Shown: positions 1-10,018, counted from the first letter of the stretch. The stretch: 64,000 nucleotides of DNA from Patescibacteria group bacterium (GCA_041660885.1 JBAZVM010000006.1:15063-79062); one strand, 5' to 3'. Translations and numbers: made by a program. Notes: generated from the letters alone by a model not told the origin.

Positions 1-222
1 ATGCTGATAGTAGACCATGTGGCTTCCGGCGAAGTAACTGTTTATCCGCCGTTTATAACGGCTATGAAGAGCCCCGAAGATACTTTGGTGATGCTTAAAG
101 AAATCGCTACGATCGGCGTAGCAATGACTATAGCGGTTTTTATTTTTTGGATTTCATTGGTATTTATGGCCAATTATATTACCAAACTAAGAGAGAAAAA
201 AATTAAAATAATTAATTCATAA
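1..222 (+). CDS. membrane protein, C-terminal fragment (start lies upstream of the window)
   Basis: ORF open at the window edge. Hydrophobic stretch IATIGVAMTIAVFIFWISLVFMANYI. No family recognised. Confidence 0.35.
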   Translation: MLIVDHVASGEVTVYPPFITAMKSPEDTLVMLKEIATIGVAMTIAVFIFWISLVFMANYITKLREKKIKIINS

Positions 223-226
223 ATTT

Positions 227-802
227 ATGAAATCATTAAAAGGAACGCAAACGGAAAAAAATTTATTAAAAGCTTTTGCCGGTGAATCGCAAGCTAGAAT
301 GCGCTATGATTATTTTAGCAGCCAAGCGAAAAAAGAGGGGCTGGAACAAATGGCCGAGATTTTTATGGAAACATCGCTTAACGAGAGGGAACACGCTAAA
401 AGATTCTTTAAATTTTTAGAAGGAAGACCAGTAGAAATTACGGCCACTTATCCCGCGGGGAAAATAAACGACACTCTAAAAAATTTAAAAGCCGCGGCCG
501 AAGGCGAACACGAAGAATGGACTAAGCTTTATCCGGAATTTGAAAAGCAAGCCTTAGCAGATGGATTTAAAGAAATCGCTTCGGCTTTTAAAGAAATCGC
601 GGAAGTGGAAGAAGCGCACGAAAAAAGATACAAAAAATTATACGACAATCTGGAAAGCGGGCAAGTATTCAAGAGAAATAAAACCGTTATTTGGAAGTGC
701 CGAAACTGTGGCTATTTGCACGAAGGAAAAGAAGCACCCAAAGTATGCCCCTCTTGCCTTCATCCGCAAGCTTATTTTCAGATTAAAGAAAATAATTACT
801 AA
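227..802 (+). CDS. rbr: rubrerythrin
   Basis: N-terminal ferritin-like di-iron domain (ExxH motifs: ESQARMRY, NEREHAKRF, EGEHEEW, EEAHEKRY). C-terminal rubredoxin-like CRNCG...CPSC. Confidence 0.9.
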   Translation: MKSLKGTQTEKNLLKAFAGESQARMRYDYFSSQAKKEGLEQMAEIFMETSLNEREHAKRFFKFLEGRPVEITATYPAGKINDTLKNLKAAAEGEHEEWTKLYPEFEKQALADGFKEIASAFKEIAEVEEAHEKRYKKLYDNLESGQVFKRNKTVIWKCRNCGYLHEGKEAPKVCPSCLHPQAYFQIKENNY

Positions 803-808
803 ACTATA

Positions 809-1219
809 ATGTCAAACCTTGAAGGAGCGCCTCAGACCATGGCGCAGGTAGTGGAAGGAGAGATTAAACTTTGGAAAACAGGCGAGGATGAGGACGAAAA
901 ATTAGTAGATTATTTAAATAATTTTCATGCGAATATTCCTTGTCGAGACGGTTATATTATAAATGAGACAATGTTTGGTGTACCTGCCGCAGAAGAGGTG
1001 AAGAAAGAGCGAGAAAGCAGAAGCGGTTTTTATCAAGCTCTGAATGATGCTCTAGAACAATCCGGAGCGAAAGAAGAAATACTAAATTTTGTCGAAGAGT
1101 TACGAGAGAAAAAAAGAAGCATTAGTCTAGGCGATGTCCCAAGAATTCGGGCATTGTTACTTCCGGTTTATGTTAAGATGAGAGAAAGGGGTTTTTCTCA
1201 TCAAGAAATAACAATATAA
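809..1219 (+). CDS. hypothetical protein
   Basis: 136-aa ORF starting directly after rbr. No motif recognised. Confidence 0.45.
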   Translation: MSNLEGAPQTMAQVVEGEIKLWKTGEDEDEKLVDYLNNFHANIPCRDGYIINETMFGVPAAEEVKKERESRSGFYQALNDALEQSGAKEEILNFVEELREKKRSISLGDVPRIRALLLPVYVKMRERGFSHQEITI

Positions 1220-1295
1220 TTACTAACTTTTTTTCTTTACAAAACGCTGTTTTTTTGCTAGACTAATACTGTCTAAATATTAATATTTCAAACAT

Positions 1296-1424
1296 ATGGC
1301 AAACTGCCAAAAGTGCGGGATTCCCTTAGATGAAGAAACTAAGTGTTCCTGCGAGGAAACTACTTGCTCTACCTGCTGCAGTTGCGAGGAAAAATGCGAC
1401 TGCGGATGCAAGAAAGAAAAATAA
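1296..1424 (+). CDS. small cysteine-rich protein (42 aa, 11 Cys), metallothionein-like or zinc-ribbon-like
   Basis: Hand translation: MANCQKCGIPLDEETKCSCEETTCSTCCSCEEKCDCGCKKEK. Below the ORF-track length cut-off. Followed immediately by an intrinsic terminator. Confidence 0.5.
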   Translation: MANCQKCGIPLDEETKCSCEETTCSTCCSCEEKCDCGCKKEK

Positions 1425-1437
1425 ACTTACCTCAGTT

Positions 1438-1466
1438 AAATCCCCTCTGCATAAAGAGGGGATTTT
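1438..1466 (+). terminator. intrinsic terminator hairpin
   Basis: AAATCCCCTCT-GCATAA-AGAGGGGATTT stem-loop with a U-rich tail. Confidence 0.6.
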
Positions 1467-1484
1467 AACATTAATTATATAAAT

Positions 1485-2975
1485 ATGGGAACATTTGATA
1501 ACCCAAAAAATAGATCAAGAAGAGTATATCCAACAGAAGTTAGAGCAGGAAGTGATGTACAAGAACTGAATCCCGCTGATTCCACTCGTAGAAAAAATAC
1601 TGAAGATGACCCCAGCCCTAATCTTACGTCTGACTTAGAAGAGGAAAAAAAGAATCTTGATAAAGAAGACGATTCTGATGAAATTGTAATAGAAAAGTTG
1701 TATCCTGTGCGGCCTTTGTTTGGACAATTTCCTGATTCCAAAGAAACCGAAGGAACAGCTCCGGCGCGAGTACAAGTTCCGCCAGGTAGTATGCGAGAGC
1801 CGGCCCCTCCCATTAAACAAACAACACCACCACCTGCGCCAAAAAAAAGCGGTTTTTTAGCTGGCTTAAAAAGAGGATTAGGCAGAATAGGAGCGGCTTT
1901 AGGTTTATACGCAGCTATAGCGCGAGGAGGCGAAACAGACGAAAAAGTTACGCCCCAACCTTTAGAACCGGAAAACCCCACGGAAATGCCGGCACAATTG
2001 ACTGAAGAAGCTGCAACTACAGCACCGGAAAAAGCACCGGAAGCAGAGCAAGCCAAACCCAGCGAAGAAATAATAAAATTAAGCACCGTGCGCGCGGGTG
2101 AAGGGCCGACTCATGCCATGTTACGCCAAGTTATGGCCAGCCCGGAATCTTTCGGCTTTGACCCAAAAACCATGAACCCTGCGGAATTTGTAAAAAATCT
2201 CGCTATTGAAACCGGGGCGATAACAGTTGATGATTCCGGTAAAATTATCAATGAAACCCGTATAGAAAAACCGGATAGTTTCGCTTTTGTTTTAAATACT
2301 GATAATCAGGGAAAACATTTTACCAATATTTATCCTGTGGAAACCCAAGTAGATAAAGATGGCAAAATTATTTCCAGCAAATTTTCAGAGCAGCCGGTTA
2401 GCGGCCAAGATGTATATGATGTAACTTATCAAGACGAACAAAATAGGCCATCTGCGGAAGAAATTTTAAAACAATTGCATGCCAGTATTGATCGCTCTAA
2501 TTTAGTCAGCCAAATTACTGCGCCAACAGAAAAACCGGCAGTTGCTGAAACTCAATCAGAAAATTCAACGGTTGCCGTGGAAACGGCGCCGGAAAACTCT
2601 ACGTCGGCGGCTATTATTCCCGGCGTTGAAATTGGCGGTACGGTTCATATAAAAAGAAAAGGAGAATTCAAGCCGGTGACGGTTAATAAAATTAATGAAG
2701 ACGGTACTGTTTGCCTGGTAGATAATAAAAACCGGCAGTTGATAAACCAAAAAACGAACGACGCCAATTTTACCTTGGAAGATGTAATTAGAACGCCCCA
2801 TGTGGATGATATCGTAAAAGTTAAAATAAAAGGGGAGATTATTGAAGGAAAAGTATGGAAAGTAAAACCGGATGGAACTTTCGGCATTATGTCTTTGGAT
2901 GAAAAAGAAATAATAAAAACTCCGCTTGGCTCGGAAAATTTTTCTTTGCGTTACTTGGCAATCAACGAAAGCTAG
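1485..2975 (+). CDS. hypothetical protein with a disordered Pro/Glu-rich N-terminal half and two C-terminal SH3/KOW-like repeats
   Basis: 496-aa ORF. Low-complexity PAPPIKQTTPPPAPKK region. Repeated motif KxGxxxxxxVxKxxxDGT near the C-terminus. Confidence 0.55.
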   Translation: MGTFDNPKNRSRRVYPTEVRAGSDVQELNPADSTRRKNTEDDPSPNLTSDLEEEKKNLDKEDDSDEIVIEKLYPVRPLFGQFPDSKETEGTAPARVQVPPGSMREPAPPIKQTTPPPAPKKSGFLAGLKRGLGRIGAALGLYAAIARGGETDEKVTPQPLEPENPTEMPAQLTEEAATTAPEKAPEAEQAKPSEEIIKLSTVRAGEGPTHAMLRQVMASPESFGFDPKTMNPAEFVKNLAIETGAITVDDSGKIINETRIEKPDSFAFVLNTDNQGKHFTNIYPVETQVDKDGKIISSKFSEQPVSGQDVYDVTYQDEQNRPSAEEILKQLHASIDRSNLVSQITAPTEKPAVAETQSENSTVAVETAPENSTSAAIIPGVEIGGTVHIKRKGEFKPVTVNKINEDGTVCLVDNKNRQLINQKTNDANFTLEDVIRTPHVDDIVKVKIKGEIIEGKVWKVKPDGTFGIMSLDEKEIIKTPLGSENFSLRYLAINES

Positions 2976-3526
2976 AGCGCGTGCTCCAATAAAATTTTTA
3001 CACCGATACCGATAAGAATTAAGCCTCCGATCAATTCGGCTTTTTTCCCTATTAAGTCTCCGAATTTTTTCCCCATGTAAACCGCCAGTAAGGAAAGAGT
3101 AAAAGTGATTGCCCCGATAATAGCGGATGCCAGCCAAATATTCATAACTATCAAGGCGAAAGTTATGCCCACCACTAACGCGTCGATACTGGTGGCTATG
3201 GCTAATAGTAAAAGAATTTTTAAAGAGGTAATGTCTGCTTGCTTTTCCTTTTCTATTTTAAAAGATTCAATAATCATTTTAACGCCAATGGCGGTTAAAA
3301 GGAAAAAGGCCACCCAATGATCGAAGCTGGTGATAAATTTTTCCAAACCGGAACCGATCAGCCAGCCGATAATCGGCATGAGCATCTGGAAAAAGCCGAA
3401 GAAAAAAGCAATTTTTATTGCTTTTGAGATTTTAATTTTCGAAACCATAGCACCATAAGCCGCGGCTACGGCCATGGCATCGAAAGAAAGCGAAATCGCG
3501 ATAAGGAAAATATTAAGCAAGGACAT
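2972..3526 (-). CDS. mntP: manganese efflux pump MntP
   Basis: Two DUF204-type repeats (SLSFDAMAVAAAYG, ATSIDALVVGITFAL). C-terminal GKKAELIGGLILIGIGVKIL matches recalled MntP sequence. Confidence 0.88.
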   Translation of the reverse strand: MSLLNIFLIAISLSFDAMAVAAAYGAMVSKIKISKAIKIAFFFGFFQMLMPIIGWLIGSGLEKFITSFDHWVAFFLLTAIGVKMIIESFKIEKEKQADITSLKILLLLAIATSIDALVVGITFALIVMNIWLASAIIGAITFTLSLLAVYMGKKFGDLIGKKAELIGGLILIGIGVKILLEHAL

Positions 3527-3527
3527 A

Positions 3528-4478
3528 TTAATAAAACATTTTACTGGTGGGAAAAAGTATCACGTCTTCCAAGCTGGTTTTATTGGTAAGTAGCATAATC
3601 AAGCGATCCACACCCAAGGCAATGCCGCCGCAAGGAGGCAAGCCCTTTTTTAATCCCGCGATGAATTCCATATCCACGGGATAGGCTTCTTTGCCTAATT
3701 TATTTCTTTCCTCTCTTTCCGCTTCCAAACGAGCAAACTGTTCTTGCCAATCTGTCAGTTCGGAAAAAGCATTGGCCAATTCTATGCCAGCGATATAAAG
3801 CTCAAAACGTTCCGCGAAAAATTCATTTTTCTTTTTAGAGAGCGCGGCCATAGATGCGGGGTAATCCGTTAAAAAAGTCGGTTTATCTTGCCCGAGCTTT
3901 CTTTCTATATCGGTTAAAAATATTTTATAGAATTTTTCCTCAAAATTAGTCTCTTGCATTAATTTTTTCAAATCAGTATTGGCGTATTTTTTAAAGGCCT
4001 GCTCGCAAGTAATATATTCCCAGGGAGGGGTTAAGTTTATTTTTTTGTTTTGATAGTTAAGATAATCTGATTTATTAAATTGCTTATTAATAAAATAAAT
4101 TAAATTTTCCGTGTCTTTGGCGATTCCCATATAATCCGTATTCACGCGATACCATTCCAGAATTTTAAATTCCAGATTATGAATGGGGGAGTTATCTTCT
4201 TCGTTTCTGAAAGCCGAAGTGATTTGAAAGATTTTTTCAAAGCCATCAGCAAGCAAGCGCTTCATGGCGTATTCCGGAGACATAATCAAATACGCCGGCT
4301 TTTTGGCGCCTTTAAAGCTAATCACTTCGGTTTTAAACGGCGTTAAATACGGCTCCATGCTGGGAACGGCTACCAGTTCCGGCGTGGCCACTTCTAGAAA
4401 TTTATTTTTTTTGAACCACTGCCGCGTGAAATCGGTTATGCGGCTGTAATTTTGCGCTATGGTTAATTTTTCTTTCAT
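3528..4478 (-). CDS. epmA: EF-P lysine ligase EpmA/GenX (truncated class II LysRS paralog)
   Basis: Class II aaRS motifs SPEYAMKRLL, FRNEE, ERFELYIAGIELANAF, GIALGVDRLIMLL. About 316 aa, with no anticodon-binding domain. Confidence 0.85.
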   Translation of the reverse strand: MKEKLTIAQNYSRITDFTRQWFKKNKFLEVATPELVAVPSMEPYLTPFKTEVISFKGAKKPAYLIMSPEYAMKRLLADGFEKIFQITSAFRNEEDNSPIHNLEFKILEWYRVNTDYMGIAKDTENLIYFINKQFNKSDYLNYQNKKINLTPPWEYITCEQAFKKYANTDLKKLMQETNFEEKFYKIFLTDIERKLGQDKPTFLTDYPASMAALSKKKNEFFAERFELYIAGIELANAFSELTDWQEQFARLEAEREERNKLGKEAYPVDMEFIAGLKKGLPPCGGIALGVDRLIMLLTNKTSLEDVILFPTSKMFY

Positions 4479-4537
4479 TGTCTTAGCTTATTATATTTTA
4501 TTAAATATTTCAATAGAAATATGGTATAATCAATATT

Positions 4538-6961
4538 ATGAAAAGAATAATTTTTGTTATTGTCTTTAGCGTATTTTTACTATCAAGTAATTACTGCTTG
4601 GCGCAGGAGTTAGATATTGGGGAATATGCTCCGGATGAAGTAATCGTGCAATTTCACGCGATAAATACCGATAAAATAGAAGCAGATAGACAATTATCTA
4701 GTTTTGCCGTGGCCAATGATATGGAATATACGGAATCTTTATTATTTGTTGATGCCGCGGTTTTTAAAATTAATAACGGGGAAACAGTATTGGAAGCTAT
4801 CACGAGGTTAAAAGAGAATCCGGCTGTTTCTTATGTCCAGCCGAATTTTCGCTATCATTCATTATCCATTGATACCAATGATCCTTATAAAGATTTTTTA
4901 TGGGGCTTGGATAACAGCGGGCAGACTATAAACACCGTGGTTGGCACGACTGACGCGGATATAGACGCTCCGGAAGCTTGGGCCATTAACGAAGGCACGA
5001 ATGAAGATGTTATTGTGGCTGTGATAGATATGGGAGTGGGCTATAACCATCCGGATCTAGTTAACCAGATGTGGGATGGCACAAATTGCCTGGATGAAAA
5101 CGGCAATTATTTGGGCGGATGCGTTCATGGCTATGACTACGGATACGACGATAAAGACCCTTTGCCCAATGGTGATTCCCACGGCACGCATGTTTCCGGC
5201 ACCATTGCCGCGGAAAAGAATAACGGCTTTGGCATCGCGGGAGTGGCGCCTCAAGCGACGATCATGGCTCTACAAGCCACGCAATCAGACGGATATTTTT
5301 ATGATACGGAAATAATGAAGTCTATAAATTTTGCCAAGCAAAACGGCGCCAGCGTTATTAATGCCAGCTTTGGCGGCGGATCTTTCGCTTGCTTTTTTAT
5401 TTACGATGAACTGACCTACAACGCCATCGCGGATTTTCCCGGATTGTTCGTGGTCGCCGCGGGAAACGATAGCGCGGAACACGATGGATCCAATTATGTG
5501 GTCGTGCCCGCGGATTACGGGCACCCGAGCGATTGCTGGGACGGGTTAGATAATGTTATTAGCGTGGCCGCGACAGACTCCAACGATGAGCTGGCATCTT
5601 TTTCCGATTATGGCGCAAATTTTATAGATGTCGGCGCACCCGGTGCAGATACTTTAAGCAGCGTCGCGGAAAATTTTTATCTGTATGAAACTTTCGGCAA
5701 TACCGCAACTGGATCTCTTCCTGCTAGCTGGACCAGTTCCGGTGGTAACTGGGGTGCGGGTTCTGTCGCCACTTTTAACAGCGAATCATCTTGGGGCCAG
5801 GTGCTGTACCCAGATGTTAGTGGTGTCGCCACTACCGGCTATTATTACGCGGGAAGCGATAGCAGTTCTATCACTTCGCCGGTTTACGATTTAAGCGCTG
5901 CCAGCACCGAAGCCACTTTTAATTTTCGCGCCAGATGCGACACGGAGTATGTGGAAACGCCGCACGATTATATGGCGCTTTCTTTCAGCGCGGACGGTAT
6001 TACCTTTACCCCCGTGAGCTTGTCTTATTACGGCGATGAAAAAATTGATGAATATATTTTAGACAGCATCGAAGGAGATTATGATTCTGACAATGATACT
6101 TATTCATATTTTGATGATGTGGCTTTAGATGGATATTTTACCGGTAATTTTCAGTTTCGTTTTTCTTGGGTTTCCGATGGCGATGATAATGCGCATCGAG
6201 GATGTGTTGTTGATAATATTTCCGTAAATATAATGGGAGACGGTTCAGCGGACGAGTATGATTATTACAGCGGCACATCCATGGCCGCGCCGCATGTTTC
6301 GGGCTTAGCCGCTTTGTTAATGGGGTACCGCCCCAATTTAACAGCGGCGCAGGTAAAATCCGTAATTTTGGAATCCGGCGACAGTTTGGATTCTTTGTCC
6401 GGCAAAACCGTAACCGGAAAAAGAATCAATGCTTATAACGCCTTGGCCAATTCCGATTTTCCCAATCCGCCTACTGTTAATACTCTTAAAACTCCCACGA
6501 AAAAAGCCACCAAGACTATTTCCGGAACCAAAGACGCCAATACATCCGTATTGTTAAATGGCGAAAGAATTGTTGAAAGAGATAGCGCTGCAACTTGGAG
6601 TTACGAGTTAACCTTAACAGAAGGCGTTAATAATCTTAGCTTTACTTCTAAAAATTCTAGTGGCTTGGAAAGCGCGGCCGCGGAAACCGCGGTTACTCTG
6701 GATACTACCGCGCCAAAGATTCGTTCTAATTATCACACCGGCACGTATCATCATCAGCGCAGAATGAGATTATCCTGCAATGAAGTGTGCACGCTTTATT
6801 ACACGCGCGATAAAACTAAACCCACAAAGCATTCAAAAAAATATAAGCATTCCTTTCTCGTAAAACAAAGCAAGACCATTAAAATCGTAGCATTTGACCA
6901 ATTAAATAATAAATCCGATATTAAAAAAATAATAATTCATATTGACTATATTAAAAAATAA
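4538..6961 (+). CDS. secreted subtilisin-like serine protease (peptidase S8) with a long C-terminal extension
   Basis: Signal peptide. Catalytic motifs VAVIDMGV (Asp), HGTHVSGTIAA (His), GTSMAAPHVSGLAALL (Ser). Confidence 0.9.
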   Translation: MKRIIFVIVFSVFLLSSNYCLAQELDIGEYAPDEVIVQFHAINTDKIEADRQLSSFAVANDMEYTESLLFVDAAVFKINNGETVLEAITRLKENPAVSYVQPNFRYHSLSIDTNDPYKDFLWGLDNSGQTINTVVGTTDADIDAPEAWAINEGTNEDVIVAVIDMGVGYNHPDLVNQMWDGTNCLDENGNYLGGCVHGYDYGYDDKDPLPNGDSHGTHVSGTIAAEKNNGFGIAGVAPQATIMALQATQSDGYFYDTEIMKSINFAKQNGASVINASFGGGSFACFFIYDELTYNAIADFPGLFVVAAGNDSAEHDGSNYVVVPADYGHPSDCWDGLDNVISVAATDSNDELASFSDYGANFIDVGAPGADTLSSVAENFYLYETFGNTATGSLPASWTSSGGNWGAGSVATFNSESSWGQVLYPDVSGVATTGYYYAGSDSSSITSPVYDLSAASTEATFNFRARCDTEYVETPHDYMALSFSADGITFTPVSLSYYGDEKIDEYILDSIEGDYDSDNDTYSYFDDVALDGYFTGNFQFRFSWVSDGDDNAHRGCVVDNISVNIMGDGSADEYDYYSGTSMAAPHVSGLAALLMGYRPNLTAAQVKSVILESGDSLDSLSGKTVTGKRINAYNALANSDFPNPPTVNTLKTPTKKATKTISGTKDANTSVLLNGERIVERDSAATWSYELTLTEGVNNLSFTSKNSSGLESAAAETAVTLDTTAPKIRSNYHTGTYHHQRRMRLSCNEVCTLYYTRDKTKPTKHSKKYKHSFLVKQSKTIKIVAFDQLNNKSDIKKIIIHIDYIKK

Positions 6962-6977
6962 GAATTAAAATACAATT

Positions 6978-7361
6978 ATGACACAAAAAAATCAAGTATA
7001 TCGCTGCAATGTTTGCGGCAATATGGTGGTAATCGTGCGCAATGGCGCGGGGCAGCTGGTTTGCTGCGGCCAGCCCATGGAATTATTGGAAGAAAATTCC
7101 GTGGACGCTTCTAAAGAAAAACACGTACCTGTGATCACCAAAGAAGGCGATAAAGTGAAAGTGCAAGTGGGCTCGGTTTTGCATCCCATGGAAGAAAAAC
7201 ATTTTATAGAATGGATCGAGTTAATCGTTAATGGCATCCCTTGCCGCCACTTTTTAAAGCCCGGCGATAATCCCATCGTGGAAGCACATGCCAAAGAAGG
7301 TGCGGTTATCGAAGCCAGAGCTTATTGCAATATACATGGGTTATGGAAAGCAATAGTATAA
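6978..7361 (+). CDS. dfx: desulfoferrodoxin (2Fe superoxide reductase)
   Basis: N-terminal desulforedoxin CxxC...CC (YRCNVCGNMV...LVCCGQPM). KHVPVI, HPMEEKHFIEWIEL and CNIHGLWK motifs. Confidence 0.9.
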   Translation: MTQKNQVYRCNVCGNMVVIVRNGAGQLVCCGQPMELLEENSVDASKEKHVPVITKEGDKVKVQVGSVLHPMEEKHFIEWIELIVNGIPCRHFLKPGDNPIVEAHAKEGAVIEARAYCNIHGLWKAIV

Positions 7362-7405
7362 AATTCGGCAATTAATATTATTAACAGATAATAGATAAGA
7401 AAAAC

Positions 7406-8929
7406 TTGCTAAATATGCCTAGAGATTATAATGAAAAGAGAAGAAAAAGACAAGAAAAAATAGCAGCTAACCCTATAATACAAATTCAATATGACGTAGG
7501 CAGATATTTTGATTTAGGAGTATTTTCCGAGACAGAAAAACACGACTTATTGAAAATCGCGTTTTTTTTCAATGATTTAGAACCATTGGCAGTCAGCACT
7601 TGGGAAAATTCAGAAAATAAAAAAGATTTATTAGCATTACTCCAAGCAGAAAATTATTTTAGCCCAGATTTTTTAGAGAACTTACAAACGCTAGGCAAGC
7701 AAACTATTCAAAGAATACAGCGCAAAATGGATAGAGTATACGAGCAGTTCTCAATTTTTCCAGAACAAACAAGTATAAGAGTTAAGGAAGAGACACGCTA
7801 CCAAAAGGCTTATATGGAAATATATGAAAAAGCTTTGGCGAAAAATCGCCCTTTATTTGCCATGATTATTTTTGAGATGTTTCTTTTTCAGCAAAGGTGG
7901 GCGTTTTCAAGATTTTTACAGAACACAAAAGGAATTAATGATGAAGAAGAAGAAAAAGTAATTGCTGATGTAGCAAAATCAAACGAAGATATGGGACCGG
8001 ATTATGGAAAATTAGCTGAGTGCTTGCCTTGGGTTTATACTTCTCGGAGATTAACTTGGTGCAAAGATGCGCCGAGAATAGACTTTGATGATTTAGATGA
8101 AGATGCTTCTCTATATCATCAAGAATTGGTAGATGAAGATTTTTTACCGCAAGCAAATTTGATTATTCCTTTGCCGGAAATCAGGTGTAAAGGGTCTGCA
8201 GTTTCATTACACGTTATATTTCCCTCTGAAGACCAAAGAAACGCTTTTAGTTTAGCGGATTTTAGTCTTGATTATGATGACCACGTGAAAAGAAAGAGAA
8301 TATCCGTCAGGGGTCACATTTCTAGAGTTACTGGTGAATTATGTGTAAAGTATAGTAATTTTATCGGTATGCAGGATACTTTTGCGGTTGTGGATAAAGA
8401 AGATATTTATAAATATTTAAAAGTAATTATTTTAAAAAATATATACGAGGCCGCCAGTGCTAATAAAATTGTAAGAAATGTATTTATTGATATTGACAGC
8501 GAAGAGAAAGTAGAAGAGGCCAGCGACATTGTTCCAGAAGTCCCATCCTTAGAAGCAGGTGGAATCGTGTCATCAGGTAGCGTCGATGAACAGGAAGCCC
8601 CCGCGTTACCTGAAACTTTTGAAGCTGTTAAGGAAGAAAGTGAAGTGGTTTCTCGTGAACCGAAAAAAAGAAGATTAAGGCCAATTAGTGAAGGAAAATT
8701 TACTTGGTTTAGAATTATTTCGGCTATAAAACATTATGGTATTGATATTGAAGAGTCAGACCATCCTATGTTAGTATATCAAGGGTCGCGAACAAGGTTT
8801 ATTAATCGTCATTCCGCAGGAAGTCCAAAATGGAATAAAGATGTGTTGATAGGAGCGTTAGCAAACATCGGAATTAGGTGGAATGATTTTATCAACGATA
8901 GTCGAGTACGAAAATTTTTTAAATCATGA
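7406..8929 (+). CDS. hypothetical protein (507 aa) with a possible C-terminal HicA-like small domain
   Basis: Long ORF whose TGA stop overlaps the prfB ATG (ATGA). The C-terminal ~70 aa (FTWFRIISAIKHYGIDIEESDHPMLVYQGSRTRFINRH...) loosely resemble the HicA/YcfA pattern. Confidence 0.5.
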   Translation: MLNMPRDYNEKRRKRQEKIAANPIIQIQYDVGRYFDLGVFSETEKHDLLKIAFFFNDLEPLAVSTWENSENKKDLLALLQAENYFSPDFLENLQTLGKQTIQRIQRKMDRVYEQFSIFPEQTSIRVKEETRYQKAYMEIYEKALAKNRPLFAMIIFEMFLFQQRWAFSRFLQNTKGINDEEEEKVIADVAKSNEDMGPDYGKLAECLPWVYTSRRLTWCKDAPRIDFDDLDEDASLYHQELVDEDFLPQANLIIPLPEIRCKGSAVSLHVIFPSEDQRNAFSLADFSLDYDDHVKRKRISVRGHISRVTGELCVKYSNFIGMQDTFAVVDKEDIYKYLKVIILKNIYEAASANKIVRNVFIDIDSEEKVEEASDIVPEVPSLEAGGIVSSGSVDEQEAPALPETFEAVKEESEVVSREPKKRRLRPISEGKFTWFRIISAIKHYGIDIEESDHPMLVYQGSRTRFINRHSAGSPKWNKDVLIGALANIGIRWNDFINDSRVRKFFKS

Positions 8930-9993
8930 ATAAAGACTTAGCACAGAAAATCAGTGATTTACTAGCCAGAATAAAAAAAACATGGACGCTTTTAGATTTG
9001 GACTCGTCTAAAACGCGTCTTAAAATAATAGAAAGTGAAATGAGTGATCCGGATTTTTGGAAAGATCCGGAACAAGCAAAAAAAACCAGTAAAGAACATG
9101 AAGACCTTTCCAAAGAATTAGCCACTTGGAAAAAAATCCAAAAAGAAACCGAAGATTTGTTAGAGTTAGCAAAAATGGGAGAGGATGTTGTAAAAGACTA
9201 TGAAAAATTATTAAGGCAGTTTGAAAAATTGGAATTTTATATTTTGCTTGGCGGTAAATACGATAAAGCCAACGCTGTAGTTGCCATACATTCCGGCGCG
9301 GGCGGAGTAGACGCGCAAGACTGGGCAGAGATGCTATTGCGCATGATTATCCGCTATGCCGAGCGCAAAGATTTCAATGTAAAAATTATTGAAATCTCCA
9401 AAGGCGGGGAGGCGGGTATTAAAAAAGCGGTTTTGCACATAGAGGGCCGTTATGCTTATGGCTACTTGAAAAGCGAGAACGGCGTGCATCGCTTGGTGCG
9501 CATTTCTCCGTTTGATGCTGAGGCCATGCGCCATACTTCTTTCGCTTTAATAGAAGTTTTACCGGAGTTAGAAAAAATAGAGGACATTAAAATAAAAGAT
9601 GAAGATTTGCGTATCGATGTTTTCCGCGCGGGCGGCCATGGCGGGCAAGGGGTAAATACTACTGATAGCGCCGTGCGCATCGTACACATTCCCACCAATA
9701 TTACGGTTACCTGCCAAAACGAAAGGTCCCAGCACCAAAATAAGGCCACAGCTTTGAAAATACTAGCCAGCAAATTAAAACTTTTGGAAGAGGCGGAAAA
9801 AGACGAAGAAAAGCGCAAGATTCGCGGGGAATTTACCTCGGTGGAATGGGGCAGCCAGATTCGCTCATATGTAGTTCATCCATATAAAATGGTGAAAGAT
9901 CACCGCACAAAATACGAAGAAAGCGACCCCAATGCCGTGCTAGATGGCAAGTTAGAGGGATTTGTGGAAGCATTCTTGCGCTCTAAAGCGTAA
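8926..9993 (+). CDS. prfB: peptide chain release factor 2
   Basis: SPF tripeptide (RISPFDA) and GGQ motif (GGHGGQGVNTTDSAV). Single uninterrupted frame. Confidence 0.92.
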   Translation: MNKDLAQKISDLLARIKKTWTLLDLDSSKTRLKIIESEMSDPDFWKDPEQAKKTSKEHEDLSKELATWKKIQKETEDLLELAKMGEDVVKDYEKLLRQFEKLEFYILLGGKYDKANAVVAIHSGAGGVDAQDWAEMLLRMIIRYAERKDFNVKIIEISKGGEAGIKKAVLHIEGRYAYGYLKSENGVHRLVRISPFDAEAMRHTSFALIEVLPELEKIEDIKIKDEDLRIDVFRAGGHGGQGVNTTDSAVRIVHIPTNITVTCQNERSQHQNKATALKILASKLKLLEEAEKDEEKRKIRGEFTSVEWGSQIRSYVVHPYKMVKDHRTKYEESDPNAVLDGKLEGFVEAFLRSKA

Positions 9994-10018
9994 TTCTTTA
10001 TAATAAAAACTCACCTAA

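Noticed and set aside
1475-2086. Antisense or alternative-frame ORFs inside well-supported genes (e.g. 1475-2086 -, 2565-3137 -, 561-809 +, 9462-9818 -, 10547-10978 -, 27079-27426 +, 42522-42950 -, 52921-53541 -, 35249-35737 -).
   Set aside because: Each lies entirely within a longer ORF that has clear family motifs or a better coding pattern. Their translations are low-complexity or hydrophobic noise.
8926-9993. Programmed +1 frameshift site in prfB.
   Set aside because: The RF2 ORF is continuous from its N-terminus. There is no in-frame UGA with an upstream SD-like element. A minority of bacteria lack the frameshift, so this is unremarkable.
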